A DNA stretch of 64,000 nucleotides from a virus. Below are positions 19,285 through 29,577 of the stretch, in pieces (the first letter of the stretch is position 1; every line of letters begins with the position of its first letter). Under the pieces are notes generated by a model. That model saw only the letters and a program-made list of their open reading frames with translations. It did not search any database and was not told the origin of the DNA. Made by a program: the position numbers and the translations under genes. The stretch spans positions 49,345-113,344 of the IMG/VR virus record IMGVR_UViG_3300027881_000007; one strand, 5' to 3'.

Positions 19285-20399
19285 TAACTAACCCTCCAAA
19301 GAGCCAATCTTGCCCTGCGTATATCTACATCGTCAGGACTAGATACTGTACGATAGTCTATATCTATAGTGTTTACACCGGAAAGAGATCTTAATGCAAA
19401 CCCAGAAACACTTATATACCCATTTAAGCTGCTATCATACCTGTTAAATCCCAACTCTGTTGTATCATTAAGTTCCACTCTACTTTCAGCATGATCACCG
19501 TTACCATCAATTTCATAATTCCACTGTATTATATATGTACCTGATGGAAGACTACTAGTTGTCAATCTTAATTTCAGTTGATATGTCTCACTAGTAGTTG
19601 AACTTTCCCCCTCAGAAGTAGCTTGCTGGTACTCAGGATTAAACTCGCCACCTCCACCTTCAATAAACTCATACTGTAGATCGCCCGTTGTAGAATCATA
19701 TACTAAAACTTTGCCATCAGCAATTGCAGAATCATCAACTGGAACTCCTTGAATCTTTACGGCATCGTGGTCAAGGTCAGTTATGTCCGCTTCAACATGA
19801 GTATGAACTACAGGGGCCCCACCAACATCCGAAAGAGTAACCATATGCGGATTAGATGTCGCATCTGCAATATGGGCATCTATATCATCGTGAGTGTTTG
19901 TACCTATATCTTGAATGTTCTCATGACTTATGTTTGATTCAGTAAAGTGAATCGTACCATCGTCAATGTGGGTATCAATTTCATCGTGTGTATATGTGCC
20001 TATATATTGAATATTTCTGTGGTCAATGTCAGTCTCAAAGAAGTGTATTGCTGTGCTATCTATATGATCTATTATCTCGCTTAAATCAAGGTCAACAAAT
20101 TCAAGACCATCTGCAGTTCCCTTTACAGCAACAACCTTCCCACCATCTCCAGCATATGTATTAGGAGTATCTGCAAGGCCTAAGAAAGTGTCAGCTCCAA
20201 CCCCACCGCCAATGAATTTCCAGGTAACAGGAGATTCATCTATTAACATCCATATAGTGTCGTCGTCGGTTTGTCTAGCAAACTTCCCAACATCGGCAGC
20301 TTCCAAACCAGTAGCACTTTCTCTTGCAGTTTGATTTGCATAAGTCCATGCATATGGTATGTGTACATCTGGTGGAGTTGCATCTTTATGCCAGGTCAT
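19284..20399 (-). CDS. tail fibre-like protein
   Basis: FLGLADTP...VAVK..DGLEF fibre motif; His repeats; shared C-terminal domain ending WRVS. Confidence 0.7.
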   Translation of the reverse strand: MTWHKDATPPDVHIPYAWTYANQTARESATGLEAADVGKFARQTDDDTIWMLIDESPVTWKFIGGGVGADTFLGLADTPNTYAGDGGKVVAVKGTADGLEFVDLDLSEIIDHIDSTAIHFFETDIDHRNIQYIGTYTHDEIDTHIDDGTIHFTESNISHENIQDIGTNTHDDIDAHIADATSNPHMVTLSDVGGAPVVHTHVEADITDLDHDAVKIQGVPVDDSAIADGKVLVYDSTTGDLQYEFIEGGGGEFNPEYQQATSEGESSTTSETYQLKLRLTTSSLPSGTYIIQWNYEIDGNGDHAESRVELNDTTELGFNRYDSSLNGYISVSGFALRSLSGVNTIDIDYRTVSSPDDVDIRRARLALWRVS

Positions 20400-20761
20400 T
20401 ACAAAATACTCCTCATTACGTGGCCGTTGATATTTATAAATACACTAAAATCAACACAAGAAGTAAAGATAGTATTCTCGTGCCAAGCTGTTCCCTCAAC
20501 ATCATCCCTTACCGTTCTAAAACGTACATGAAAAGTTGCGTCCTCTACACTTAGGTTGCTAATACTATCATTTATTATAATTGTCTCTAAGGTGATTTCA
20601 GTCCTTAAATTACCAGAAGCGGAAATCTCCCACAATTCAAAATAATCTGTTAGAGCGATCTGGTCATTAGCAGGAATGCCAATGCCCAGATCCTCTATAA
20701 ATATCTCACTAGTTGTATCATTTATAGCAATGATAATCGCTGGTCTTTCATCTAGTGCCAT
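20399..20761 (-). CDS. virion-associated paralog
   Basis: FIEDLGI.(I/V)PA.D N-domain shared with 20761..22038. Confidence 0.6.
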   Translation of the reverse strand: MALDERPAIIIAINDTTSEIFIEDLGIGIPANDQIALTDYFELWEISASGNLRTEITLETIIINDSISNLSVEDATFHVRFRTVRDDVEGTAWHENTIFTSCVDFSVFININGHVMRSIL

Positions 20762-22038
20762 TAGGCTCTCCAAGCAATTTCGATAATCAGAACTGGATCA
20801 GGGACACCAGATCCAGCATCAAGATAAGACTGTAGATAGTCACCAGCAGATAAATCTACGTTTGTTGTAAGGTCGTCGCCTCCTTGAGCAGCTGCGATTG
20901 CTAGGGTAGCAATATCGGTTGCTGTATCATTCTTCCTTATTCTCATATTGCAGGTTCCGACTGCATCAAGTTGTCCAGACATCATCACTATGGTCGCATC
21001 TCGTGGAATACGGAAACCAGCGTTGTTTGATGATAAATTCCCAACACCAAAGTTAAGGTACTGATTCTTTGTATTACCACCTCGACCAAATGTGAGGATC
21101 ATTCTTTGAACGCTTAGCCACTTGGAGCGATCATCGTCATACTCATAGAGTAGACCATTGATCACAGCCATTTGGCCATCAGCGAGACCAGTAGTTGGAG
21201 CAGAAGCTAGATCAGTCAATTCTAGAGGAGCATAACCACCTAAAGCAGTTAGTTGGACTGCACCAGCATCAACAAAGATTTGCCTACCAGCACCAGCTCC
21301 ACCTTGATCATATGCTCCGTCAAGAGTGTTTCCGCCAAAGATATCTGCATCAGCTATCCTTACCCAGGCAAGCAGAAACTCCTCCTCGTAAACATACATT
21401 GCTGGCAATTCTTGACCATCATTATTAACAATGACAGCTGCATTGTCAACTGGTTGACCAAGGTCTGTCCAAACACCAGTAGTGAGTTCAAAGATATTCT
21501 CCGAAGTTGAATCAAGGTTAATTACTCGATCGCCTTCAACAAGAAGCTTCATATCAACCCACGCAGTTCCATCCCACTTATACAAATGATTATCGTCTGT
21601 ATCTACATAGAAATCATATTGAGATGGATTGGCTGGTGGGGCTGCCTGAATCTTAAGAACTCGTGCTTCGACTGGTTCCTGCCAATGAAAGTCCCCAAAA
21701 GGTGGAGCATTGACAATGTTCTCCCAATCAACTATTGAATCACCAGGTGTCTGTAACTCAACCTTAGAGTAATAATTATCCTCTAGATAATAAATATGAA
21801 CAATTTCTAAGTATGTTGTCCCGTCTGCAGCAGATAAATCGCCGTCATATCCATTAAGGACTAACTCTCCTGCACCAACAGCAGCCCTTAGATCATCTGA
21901 CTCTGAGATCTGAGGATATGTAAACTGATCAGCAAAATCAATTGTATCCCCTGCTGGTACATTTATACCGAGATCCTCAATAAAGACATCAGCAGTCGAG
22001 TCATTCCTAACTTGTAATTGCCACATTTCTCCTGCCAT
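20761..22038 (-). CDS. tail fibre-like protein
   Basis: DNHLYKWDGTAW fibre motif; C-domain shared with 22054..22506. Confidence 0.7.
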   Translation of the reverse strand: MAGEMWQLQVRNDSTADVFIEDLGINVPAGDTIDFADQFTYPQISESDDLRAAVGAGELVLNGYDGDLSAADGTTYLEIVHIYYLEDNYYSKVELQTPGDSIVDWENIVNAPPFGDFHWQEPVEARVLKIQAAPPANPSQYDFYVDTDDNHLYKWDGTAWVDMKLLVEGDRVINLDSTSENIFELTTGVWTDLGQPVDNAAVIVNNDGQELPAMYVYEEEFLLAWVRIADADIFGGNTLDGAYDQGGAGAGRQIFVDAGAVQLTALGGYAPLELTDLASAPTTGLADGQMAVINGLLYEYDDDRSKWLSVQRMILTFGRGGNTKNQYLNFGVGNLSSNNAGFRIPRDATIVMMSGQLDAVGTCNMRIRKNDTATDIATLAIAAAQGGDDLTTNVDLSAGDYLQSYLDAGSGVPDPVLIIEIAWRA

Positions 22039-22053
22039 TTATCTACCTCCCAA

Positions 22054-22506
22054 TTATTCTCTCCACGCTAATTCTAATAGTAAAGTGGGAAAATCAACAT
22101 CCCCTGTTATCGCCTCTAAGTAACATTGTAAGAAATCATTTTCAGTCAAATCAATATCAAGGTCATCATTTGACTTTCCAACTTCTGCGGCCAGACTTAT
22201 ACTTGTGATATTCACCGGTGAATTGTTCTTTCGAATTCTAAATGTACAAGTAGCTAGATTTTGTGTCTGGACTGTCACGGCGGTGATTGTTGCATTTCGG
22301 GGGATTCGATATCCTACAACATTTGAATATGTACTAGAGATAAGGGCCATCCATCTATCATTTCTTATGTTGCGATGATCTATCCCATACGTCACATTTT
22401 CTCTGGCAGCACTTATCCATTTCGACCTATAGGTGTCATAGAATAATAGTAAACCATTGTCCTGCCTAAATTGGGACCCGGGTCCAACAAATGTATCTCT
22501 TAGCAT
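22054..22506 (-). CDS. virion-associated paralog
   Basis: RSKW.S...GYRIPRNATI...ELAWR equals the C-domain of the adjacent gene. Confidence 0.6.
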   Translation of the reverse strand: MLRDTFVGPGSQFRQDNGLLLFYDTYRSKWISAARENVTYGIDHRNIRNDRWMALISSTYSNVVGYRIPRNATITAVTVQTQNLATCTFRIRKNNSPVNITSISLAAEVGKSNDDLDIDLTENDFLQCYLEAITGDVDFPTLLLELAWRE

Positions 22507-22851
22507 TTCGATCCTTCTGTCTAGTCTTCATAAAGGATACTAGACCCAGCGCTTTTAGTTTCGTCATACAACAAACTTAACTTATTTCCAGGGATTTCAT
22601 CAACAGATTCTCTTACATAACTATGTAAGTTACCCTCAAGAGTTTTTAGTTTCTCGAAGAAGTGGTAGATGTTTTGAACCAAATACATTTCAGTTTGCTC
22701 TGGATCATTCTTGTTTTCCAACACCTCCACAAGATCTGCAAGACCCTCAAACATTCCCTTGGAATCTTCAGAAGTTAGTTGTTGAAGAAACTTGTGTGCC
22801 ATCTTCCCTGTCTTTTCCATTAAAGTCTCCCAGAAATAAGTTATATTTATA

Positions 22852-23106
22852 TCAACTAGACCCTTGCCTCTCTGATTGGATTCTCTCTAAATCCTGAATT
22901 GCTTGATCAATATATTCTTGTGCATCATCTTCATCGTCTTCGTCTTCAGAGATATTAAGGATCTGAATTGCTTTCATAATATCCACAGGTCTAATGTCAT
23001 TTGCCATAACAGTAGACGCTGCTTGCTGTAACAAAGTAACTGGTGATGTCTCAACATTAAAATTTTTTAAAATAGTAATAGCATCGTCAAGATCGGGAAT
23101 TGGCAT
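22852..23106 (-). CDS. hypothetical protein (MPIPD paralog)
   Basis: MPIPD...ANDI(R/K)P...AQEY(I/L)DQ shared with 23106..23363. Confidence 0.6.
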   Translation of the reverse strand: MPIPDLDDAITILKNFNVETSPVTLLQQAASTVMANDIRPVDIMKAIQILNISEDEDDEDDAQEYIDQAIQDLERIQSERQGSS

Positions 23107-23363
23107 TAGTAGAGTCCTCCCTTTCGCCTGTCCAAAGTTCTCACTATATCTTCGATTTGTTGATCAAGGTATTCTTGGGCATATGCTTCACCGCCTTCTG
23201 CAGGCGGGTCGACCAGATTTCTAATTGCATTAATCACATATAAAGGTTTAATATCATTCGCATATATAATTGCTGCAGCAAACTCTAAGACTTTAGGATC
23301 ACTCTCGCCAATTATAAAATCCTTCACTATCTTAACTGCAATCCTTATATCTGGTATAGGCAT
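23106..23363 (-). CDS. hypothetical protein (MPIPD paralog)
   Basis: tandem paralog of 22852..23106. Confidence 0.6.
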   Translation of the reverse strand: MPIPDIRIAVKIVKDFIIGESDPKVLEFAAAIIYANDIKPLYVINAIRNLVDPPAEGGEAYAQEYLDQQIEDIVRTLDRRKGGLY

Positions 23364-23365
23364 AA

Positions 23366-23803
23366 TTAATCCTTAGTTGCTATAATACCTACATTAGCAA
23401 ATGGACGCCAAGAGCTAGCAGTTGCTCCACCATCACTAGTTTCTATTACACCTGCTCCTGCCCAACTTCCCGGACCTGTTATGGTTGACCAAGAAACGTC
23501 AACTGCAGCGTTTATAATTATTGTATTGACTTCAGATTTATGGGTAACAAGAGTACCAGTCTTATCACTTGCCCAGATAGTAACATCATGGTCATGATCT
23601 GGTTGTGTCCAGGTCCCCTGCTGTTCTCCACCTCCAGATGAGCCACCATAAGATGAGGAGCCATGAACCGCTAGAACAGCATCACCAAGGGTCATATCAA
23701 TTGTCCACCCAGTTGGAGCAGCTGGTTGATAAAACCATTGCTTTACACCAGGATCAAACTGGATTACACTATCTGGTAAATTTGAACTACTGAGATCAGA
23801 CAT
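23366..23803 (-). CDS. tail fibre tip/collar-like domain protein
   Basis: FYQPAAPTGWTIDMTLGDAVLAVHG...HDH...WRPFANVGIIA; paralog of the 24161..24979 C-terminus. Confidence 0.7.
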   Translation of the reverse strand: MSDLSSSNLPDSVIQFDPGVKQWFYQPAAPTGWTIDMTLGDAVLAVHGSSSYGGSSGGGEQQGTWTQPDHDHDVTIWASDKTGTLVTHKSEVNTIIINAAVDVSWSTITGPGSWAGAGVIETSDGGATASSWRPFANVGIIATKD

Positions 23804-24160
23804 TAAGTGTCTCCCTTTACTAGACTTAGTAACTTTTTACCAAAGGTTTTTTTCTCTGGTTGTAGTGTACTTATAGAGTCTTTCGTTGCTTGAGCAACTC
23901 TTCTAAATCCAGTATCTACTGCTGTAGCAACCTGTTTGCCAGTTTTAACTTCTTCATTTCTTTGACTCTCAACTGCCGCTTGAATACCTATATGACTCTT
24001 CTCCATCCGAAAGAGAGAATCGAGCATTGCTTGAAATCTACAAAGATCAATAGTTTCTGTCTTTGTAGTTTGACTATCATGCATAGTGAGAGTTATATAC
24101 TGACCACACTTCTTCCCATCCTTTTCACATTCTCCATCACAAAACATTTCGACTCCTTAC

Positions 24161-24979
24161 TTAGTCTCTAGTTGCTATAATACCTACATTGGCGAATGGT
24201 CGCCATGTGTTTACTGTTGCATCATTTCCAGTTGCTGCACCGTGGTCATGACTTCCGTCTGAATCCGTTGTTTCTGTTTTGCCTTTTAATGCTTCAGTGG
24301 TAGACGATTCCTTAGACCACGCTATGCCATTACCACCCTCTAAGATAATGTCACCAGTATAACTGGCATCACTAAGAATAACACCAGTTTTATCACTTGC
24401 CCAAATATCAACATCGTGAGTGTGTGTTCCATCAGAAGAGATTGAGTGATCATGATCTGGTTGAGTCCAAGTACCCCTTTGTTCTCCACCGCCACCAGAA
24501 CCATAATATGAAGATGAACCATGAACTGCCAAAACTGCATCTCCAAGGGTCATATCAATTGTCCAGCCAACTGGAGCGGCCGCTTGATAGAAATACATCT
24601 TTGTACCTGTCACAATACCAAGAATGTCAGCAGCTTCATCTGCATCAAGTGGATATGCACCAATTACAATAAACTCAACAACATCAGCGGCAAGCAGGGA
24701 AGCACCAAATGTAACCGTATAGGGACCAGTTTCTTCATACTCATTTGAAAGAGTTGCGGCTACCTCTAAAGTAGCCTTCTGACCATTTACATAGACAAAA
24801 AGAGTATTTGATCCTGGAGAGTATGGATTAGTGAGAGTGAAGACAGTGTTACCTGACGCACCATCTGAACCCACATTTCTCTGATACATTTGAAGACCTG
24901 AGATATTAGGATCGTCTCCTTCTGTCTTGATCTTCTCTAAATAGTGTTCTCCACTAGCGGTCTCTTTAACAATTGACAT
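24161..24979 (-). CDS. tail fibre protein
   Basis: FYQAAAPVGW collar-like motif and HxH repeats. Confidence 0.75.
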   Translation of the reverse strand: MSIVKETASGEHYLEKIKTEGDDPNISGLQMYQRNVGSDGASGNTVFTLTNPYSPGSNTLFVYVNGQKATLEVAATLSNEYEETGPYTVTFGASLLAADVVEFIVIGAYPLDADEAADILGIVTGTKMYFYQAAAPVGWTIDMTLGDAVLAVHGSSSYYGSGGGGEQRGTWTQPDHDHSISSDGTHTHDVDIWASDKTGVILSDASYTGDIILEGGNGIAWSKESSTTEALKGKTETTDSDGSHDHGAATGNDATVNTWRPFANVGIIATRD

Positions 24980-24994
24980 TTGGTATACTCCCTA

Positions 24995-25306
24995 TTACGG
25001 TTTTGAAAACTTGTTTTTTACACCGTCTATTTGAGTAATATATGCTTCTCCATCCGGTCCGATGTCCACACCATTGTCCCGCAGATATTTCAAAGTTTTT
25101 GTTATTGCATCAAGTTGATCGCCTTCTGATGGATATTCAATAATTCTGTTGTCTCTATAGTCATTAAGAGGATATTCAGCTTCAGTAGCATCTCTTACAA
25201 AAGATAAATCATCTGGATGATCACTATCTATCCACTCATTACATTCTGCTGTCTCTAAGCGACTTCTCTCAATTACATTTCCCCCACCATCTCTTTTTAC
25301 CCACAT
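24995..25306 (-). CDS. tail fibre assembly-like protein
   Basis: R..EYPS.GDQLDAI...VK.KF.KP pattern. Confidence 0.6.
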   Translation of the reverse strand: MWVKRDGGGNVIERSRLETAECNEWIDSDHPDDLSFVRDATEAEYPLNDYRDNRIIEYPSEGDQLDAITKTLKYLRDNGVDIGPDGEAYITQIDGVKNKFSKP

Positions 25307-25318
25307 TACACATTCTCC

Positions 25319-26416
25319 TTAAAACTTTATAATAAAGTTTACAACTGCAATTGGATTCAAAACGTCTTGAGTTCCTGAACCTCCAGAACCAGTTATACCA
25401 TGGTTATGTGTATTTCCAGAACCAGCAGTTCCAGTATTAGGGTTGGAACCACGAGCATCGCCACCACCTGTGATACTAGAACCAGCAGTAATTACAAAGT
25501 TTCCAGCAACAGCAGGGTGTGAGTGAATTGGCATCTCAGCTATTGTTAGAGCATGACTACCAGTTGTATGAGTATGTGATATATCTACTGCCTCGGCACC
25601 ATCAGTGTCGGCAACACTTCGACCACCACCTGGGCCATATGGACCTCTTTGAGCCATATCTGGAACACTGAAGTTTGCTCCACCTCCACCCCAAGCATAT
25701 CCAATAGCAGCAAATAAGTCTGGATAATCAGCAACAAGAACTGAAGCTCCATCACAGAGCAGAAAACCAGATGGTGTACTGGTTCCACCATGCATTAACA
25801 TTGTACCAATGGGGACTAGATTGAGTAATTGTTGTGGAGTAGGATCAGGATTATAAAACACACCCCAACTTCTAACTTCTCCACTCCCTCCACCTGTGAA
25901 GCGCATCCTTAAATCAGAACCAGTATTTGAGAAGCTGTGGATTGCCCCATTATCAACTGATTCCCAATTAGCTCCACCATCCGCTGTAGCTTCAATTGTG
26001 GGAGATCCAGAGTCATCAAAGTCAATATAGACCATACATTCTGTTACTGTAATTGCGAGAGTTCCATCATATATATCTACACTTTCAAGTATTTCACCTG
26101 CTGTAAATTCATACTTATTATCTGTAGCATTATAAGTCATAGTTGTTGAAGCAATTAAAAGTTCATTGATAAAACCATCCCAGCTACAGTTTAGATATAT
26201 TGAATTACCGAGCATATCAGCGTACATATCAAATTCAGACCCGCCACCTCCACCTGCACCGTACTCTCTCCAACCAGTGTCAGTACCGTAGTACCTTAAC
26301 TTTGTATCTTCTGTATAAACTTCTCTTCCTACATCTGCTGCCGTCCAAGCTGGAAGAGTTGATACTCGTTGTCCGATAAACGGACCTTGCATATCAGTTC
26401 CATAGTTTTTACTCAT
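25319..26416 (-). CDS. tail collar domain protein
   Basis: PIGT...PSGFLLCDGA...YPDLFAAIG...F.VPD; LTIAEMPIHSH; VNFIIK. Confidence 0.85.
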   Translation of the reverse strand: MSKNYGTDMQGPFIGQRVSTLPAWTAADVGREVYTEDTKLRYYGTDTGWREYGAGGGGGSEFDMYADMLGNSIYLNCSWDGFINELLIASTTMTYNATDNKYEFTAGEILESVDIYDGTLAITVTECMVYIDFDDSGSPTIEATADGGANWESVDNGAIHSFSNTGSDLRMRFTGGGSGEVRSWGVFYNPDPTPQQLLNLVPIGTMLMHGGTSTPSGFLLCDGASVLVADYPDLFAAIGYAWGGGGANFSVPDMAQRGPYGPGGGRSVADTDGAEAVDISHTHTTGSHALTIAEMPIHSHPAVAGNFVITAGSSITGGGDARGSNPNTGTAGSGNTHNHGITGSGGSGTQDVLNPIAVVNFIIKF

Positions 26417-26429
26417 TGAGAATCCTCCG

Positions 26430-27677
26430 TTATCCTACTACTACGGCATCGAGAGATACGGTATTAACCGGCATCCAAACTCTGAGTTTATAAGGCGGGA
26501 CTGTGATGAGTTCCTCATTAAGCGGGTAAATCTTATCAACTCCATCGAAAAAAGCACTGGTTACTTGTAGACCACCAAGACTAGCTATATTAATATCATA
26601 ATAATAGTCACCAGCACTTAGAGTCCAATCACCAGGTGCTGTAATTGATTCTCGAATTATAGCGGCACCTGCAACAAAGAACATATTCTGTGGGAAGAAC
26701 CACATACTTATTGTACTTGGTCCAGTGGCTGCACTTATTGCTGTTCCAACTGATTGACGAAAAGCAGCAGGTAATACATTTGTAACTGTGCCTGCTTCTG
26801 AATCAGATAGATAGAGAGTATCTCCAATAGCAACTATAACTCCGGTTTCAACTGGTACATCGTCGGCCCTACCTGCCATTCTGACTTTGCCGCTACCATC
26901 AGCCTCAAGACCAACTTGTAGGATTACAGCATCTGCTTGATGGTCAAACGAATCAGCAAGGGCAGGCACCATTGCTCCAGTTGCATCAATATAGGCCAAC
27001 TCTCCAACAGTTAAACCAGTTGTATCAACATTATCTCTAATTGCATTGAATGTTTCCCAGCGGGAAGAAGTGCCCCAATACAATCTATCGGTTGACCTTA
27101 CATAGATGATTCTTGCTTCATGTTCATCTTGATCAAATGATGGAATTTCATCTTGTACACCTGCAAAGAGGGGAGCATAGACTCGTCTGTTTGCTGGGGT
27201 GCCTGGATCATAATCCCATACAGCGTCAATCTCAAATGCGGACCCACTCCATGACACTTCAACTGCTTTTAGGAATAGGTATCTATCGGCCGTAAATAGA
27301 GTTGCTGTTTGACTTGGTAGGATAACTTTGATAGAGGCTTCCGGGGCGGGTCTAGATTGTACATAAACATAATCAAGGACAACATAGTAATAACCTATTT
27401 CGTTCCACCATCCTCCAGACGGATCAACATAAAAATCACTGTCTTCAAAGTCTACAGTTAGAATTGATGTCGTCTGAATTAGTACATCGTCCTTGAAACA
27501 TTGACCCTCTGAGCAATCAACTTCTGTAAGCGATGCTTGTGTAACCTCAATAGAATGTGTGCCAAATAAGCAATTAAGTCCAGTGGTAATCATCCTGGTC
27601 AGCTTATTTACAACATTACTATGATAAGATGCATAGGGGTCAACTGTTCTTGATTGACTTGGTGTTGGATTGCCCAT
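26430..27677 (-). CDS. putative virion structural protein
   Basis: 415 aa, acidic, beta-rich; first gene of the tail block, after a GAACAAAT motif. Confidence 0.6.
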   Translation of the reverse strand: MGNPTPSQSRTVDPYASYHSNVVNKLTRMITTGLNCLFGTHSIEVTQASLTEVDCSEGQCFKDDVLIQTTSILTVDFEDSDFYVDPSGGWWNEIGYYYVVLDYVYVQSRPAPEASIKVILPSQTATLFTADRYLFLKAVEVSWSGSAFEIDAVWDYDPGTPANRRVYAPLFAGVQDEIPSFDQDEHEARIIYVRSTDRLYWGTSSRWETFNAIRDNVDTTGLTVGELAYIDATGAMVPALADSFDHQADAVILQVGLEADGSGKVRMAGRADDVPVETGVIVAIGDTLYLSDSEAGTVTNVLPAAFRQSVGTAISAATGPSTISMWFFPQNMFFVAGAAIIRESITAPGDWTLSAGDYYYDINIASLGGLQVTSAFFDGVDKIYPLNEELITVPPYKLRVWMPVNTVSLDAVVVG

Positions 27678-27784
27678 CTTACCTAATCTCCCCTCTTAGG
27701 AATAAAGTCTATTATAGGTTTAAAATTTGTTCTAATTAATATCTATTGTTAGCATAATCTAATTTTTTGTATTTGGCACATATA

Positions 27785-27797
27785 CTATATATATTAA
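27785..27797 (+). promoter_or_regulatory. putative phage promoter motif (C/T)(T/C)ATATATATTA
   Basis: recurs at 28029, 36132, 39759 and 60676, each upstream of a plus-strand unit. Confidence 0.6.
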
Positions 27798-27829
27798 TTT
27801 CTGAAGTGATATGGATGTTTTGTTTTTTT

Positions 27830-28010
27830 GGTGTCTCTGGAGGTGGTGCATTAATGGTTTGCACATAATCGGTTGGAGGACCTCACTACGCCCGTCCTCA
27901 AATTCGGGAGGACACCTTTGGGAGTGGGTGAGTTGCGGCCTCCAGAGTTGATCGCGTAGACCTAGGGCGGAGAGAGTAAATATAACTTCTCTTCGCCCAC
28001 CTTTTCTTTT
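27830..28010 (+). ncRNA. candidate structured ncRNA with terminator
   Basis: CTCTGGAGG (27835) pairs with CCTCCAGAG (27939); internal hairpins; terminator at 27965-28010. Confidence 0.55.
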
Positions 28011-28102
28011 CATGATTAAACAGAATCCTTATATATATTAATTACTAATTAAGACCAGGGTTGATGTTTTCTTTAAAACGTAGGCAGAGGAGGTTTTCAA
28101 TC

Positions 28103-28300
28103 ATGAAAGAGCAGGAGAAATTTCCCGACCTTGATGAAGATGTTGTTGAGATGATTAAATCCAACGATCTAATCAAGGTGAACTTTGAGAAGGGATATGT
28201 TGAATTTTATGATGGCAAAACGGAAAAACCTAACTTGGCGGTTTCTTTCCATGCACCATCAACATTCATCAATGAAACAATAAGAGGATTTTGTAAGTAA
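28103..28300 (+). CDS. hypothetical protein
   Basis: AGGAGG RBS before MKEQEK. Confidence 0.6.
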   Translation: MKEQEKFPDLDEDVVEMIKSNDLIKVNFEKGYVEFYDGKTEKPNLAVSFHAPSTFINETIRGFCK

Positions 28301-28416
28301 TACACAACTTGGTGGGGACTCCCAATTCATAAAATAATACTCCGGCACCGCGCCTGCTGGAGTTCCCCACCAAATTTTTTATATAGAATTTCTAATGAAA
28401 GGAGGGAGGGAAAAAT

Positions 28417-28851
28417 ATGAAAAAGATTTTCATTTTGGTACTAAGTATTTTGTTTCTAAGTGTGGGGGTTGCAGTTGCTGACATAGACTGGACTTTTACA
28501 GGTCCGGATACAAGTGTGACACCTATTGATGGAGGGACGAGGACCACGACTACTTGGTCAGCTACAGGTATAGGAACATATAATTATTCACCGGATCCTA
28601 TCAATAAAGGTGAAGATCCTCCTCCAACAACGACGACACCAGTGGATATTCATGAAAGTGATTCCATTCCCAACAATCCCCCACCTACAACTATTAATAC
28701 GTCTTCATCATGGAACAATAGCTCTACATTTGGTCCGGTAGTGGGAGGCAGTGGCCCAGTAGGTGGTAGTAGCAGCTTCTCATTTAGCAATGGGGGTATC
28801 CTGTGGGATGGTAGTTTTCGGGTTCCGCCCACTGATACACCATTACCCTAG
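28417..28851 (+). CDS. secreted Pro/Thr/Ser-rich protein
   Basis: signal peptide ending AVA; strong RBS. Confidence 0.7.
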   Translation: MKKIFILVLSILFLSVGVAVADIDWTFTGPDTSVTPIDGGTRTTTTWSATGIGTYNYSPDPINKGEDPPPTTTTPVDIHESDSIPNNPPPTTINTSSSWNNSSTFGPVVGGSGPVGGSSSFSFSNGGILWDGSFRVPPTDTPLP

Positions 28852-28903
28852 GTCAATAAGTTGTTTCAAGTTTGTAAAATTTTCTAATGAAAGGAGGTAG
28901 CCT

Positions 28904-29548
28904 ATGAGGAAGATTTTACTTGTATTTTTCTTTGCTATATCAATTGTACTTTTGCTCTCCCCTATAGTTTTAGCACAAGATGCAGATGTAGGAGTAGCGC
29001 TACTTGAGATGCAATTGGTATCATCTGATCCAATCTTGATAACTCCAGGTGGAGATGAAATCAAACCGGATAAATACAATTCTCCATCCGACATTGACAC
29101 CCGAGTTGTCACTGACACAACTCCAACCTGTGAAGAGATCTTCACAATTATTGACATGAAGCAGAAGGTGGGCACACCATTGTCATGGTATGACCAGGCA
29201 ATGAGGGCAAGATGCATTGAGCAACCTATACCCGAAGATGATGATAAGCAGGATGATTACAGACCTGAACTCTCATTAGCAGTGCCTGATACCCTTTCCA
29301 AAACTGAGGGAAAACTCACAAGAATCGAAATCAGAGTAACCAAGGACTGTTGCCCATCACCTGATATTCCGGACTGTCCCACTTGTGGGGATAGACCATC
29401 TAAACATAGTCCGGATGTAACAAGGGCAACACAATCTGCTAACCGTCCACAATCAACACATTCAACACAATCAAGTCGGTCATATAATGTTGAGAGAAGC
29501 TATCAGAGTACACCCAACGCAGATCGACCGGCTAGACCAAAGAGATAG
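28904..29548 (+). CDS. secreted protein
   Basis: signal peptide ending VLA; AGGAGG RBS. Confidence 0.7.
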   Translation: MRKILLVFFFAISIVLLLSPIVLAQDADVGVALLEMQLVSSDPILITPGGDEIKPDKYNSPSDIDTRVVTDTTPTCEEIFTIIDMKQKVGTPLSWYDQAMRARCIEQPIPEDDDKQDDYRPELSLAVPDTLSKTEGKLTRIEIRVTKDCCPSPDIPDCPTCGDRPSKHSPDVTRATQSANRPQSTHSTQSSRSYNVERSYQSTPNADRPARPKR

Positions 29549-29577
29549 CAAAGATGACCTTTGAAAGGAGGACGTCC

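Noticed and set aside
23366-24979. Diversity-generating retroelement TR/VR pair or invertible tail-fibre cassette
   Set aside because: Differences are mostly synonymous and not adenine-specific, both copies are on the same strand, and there is no reverse transcriptase or invertase in the window
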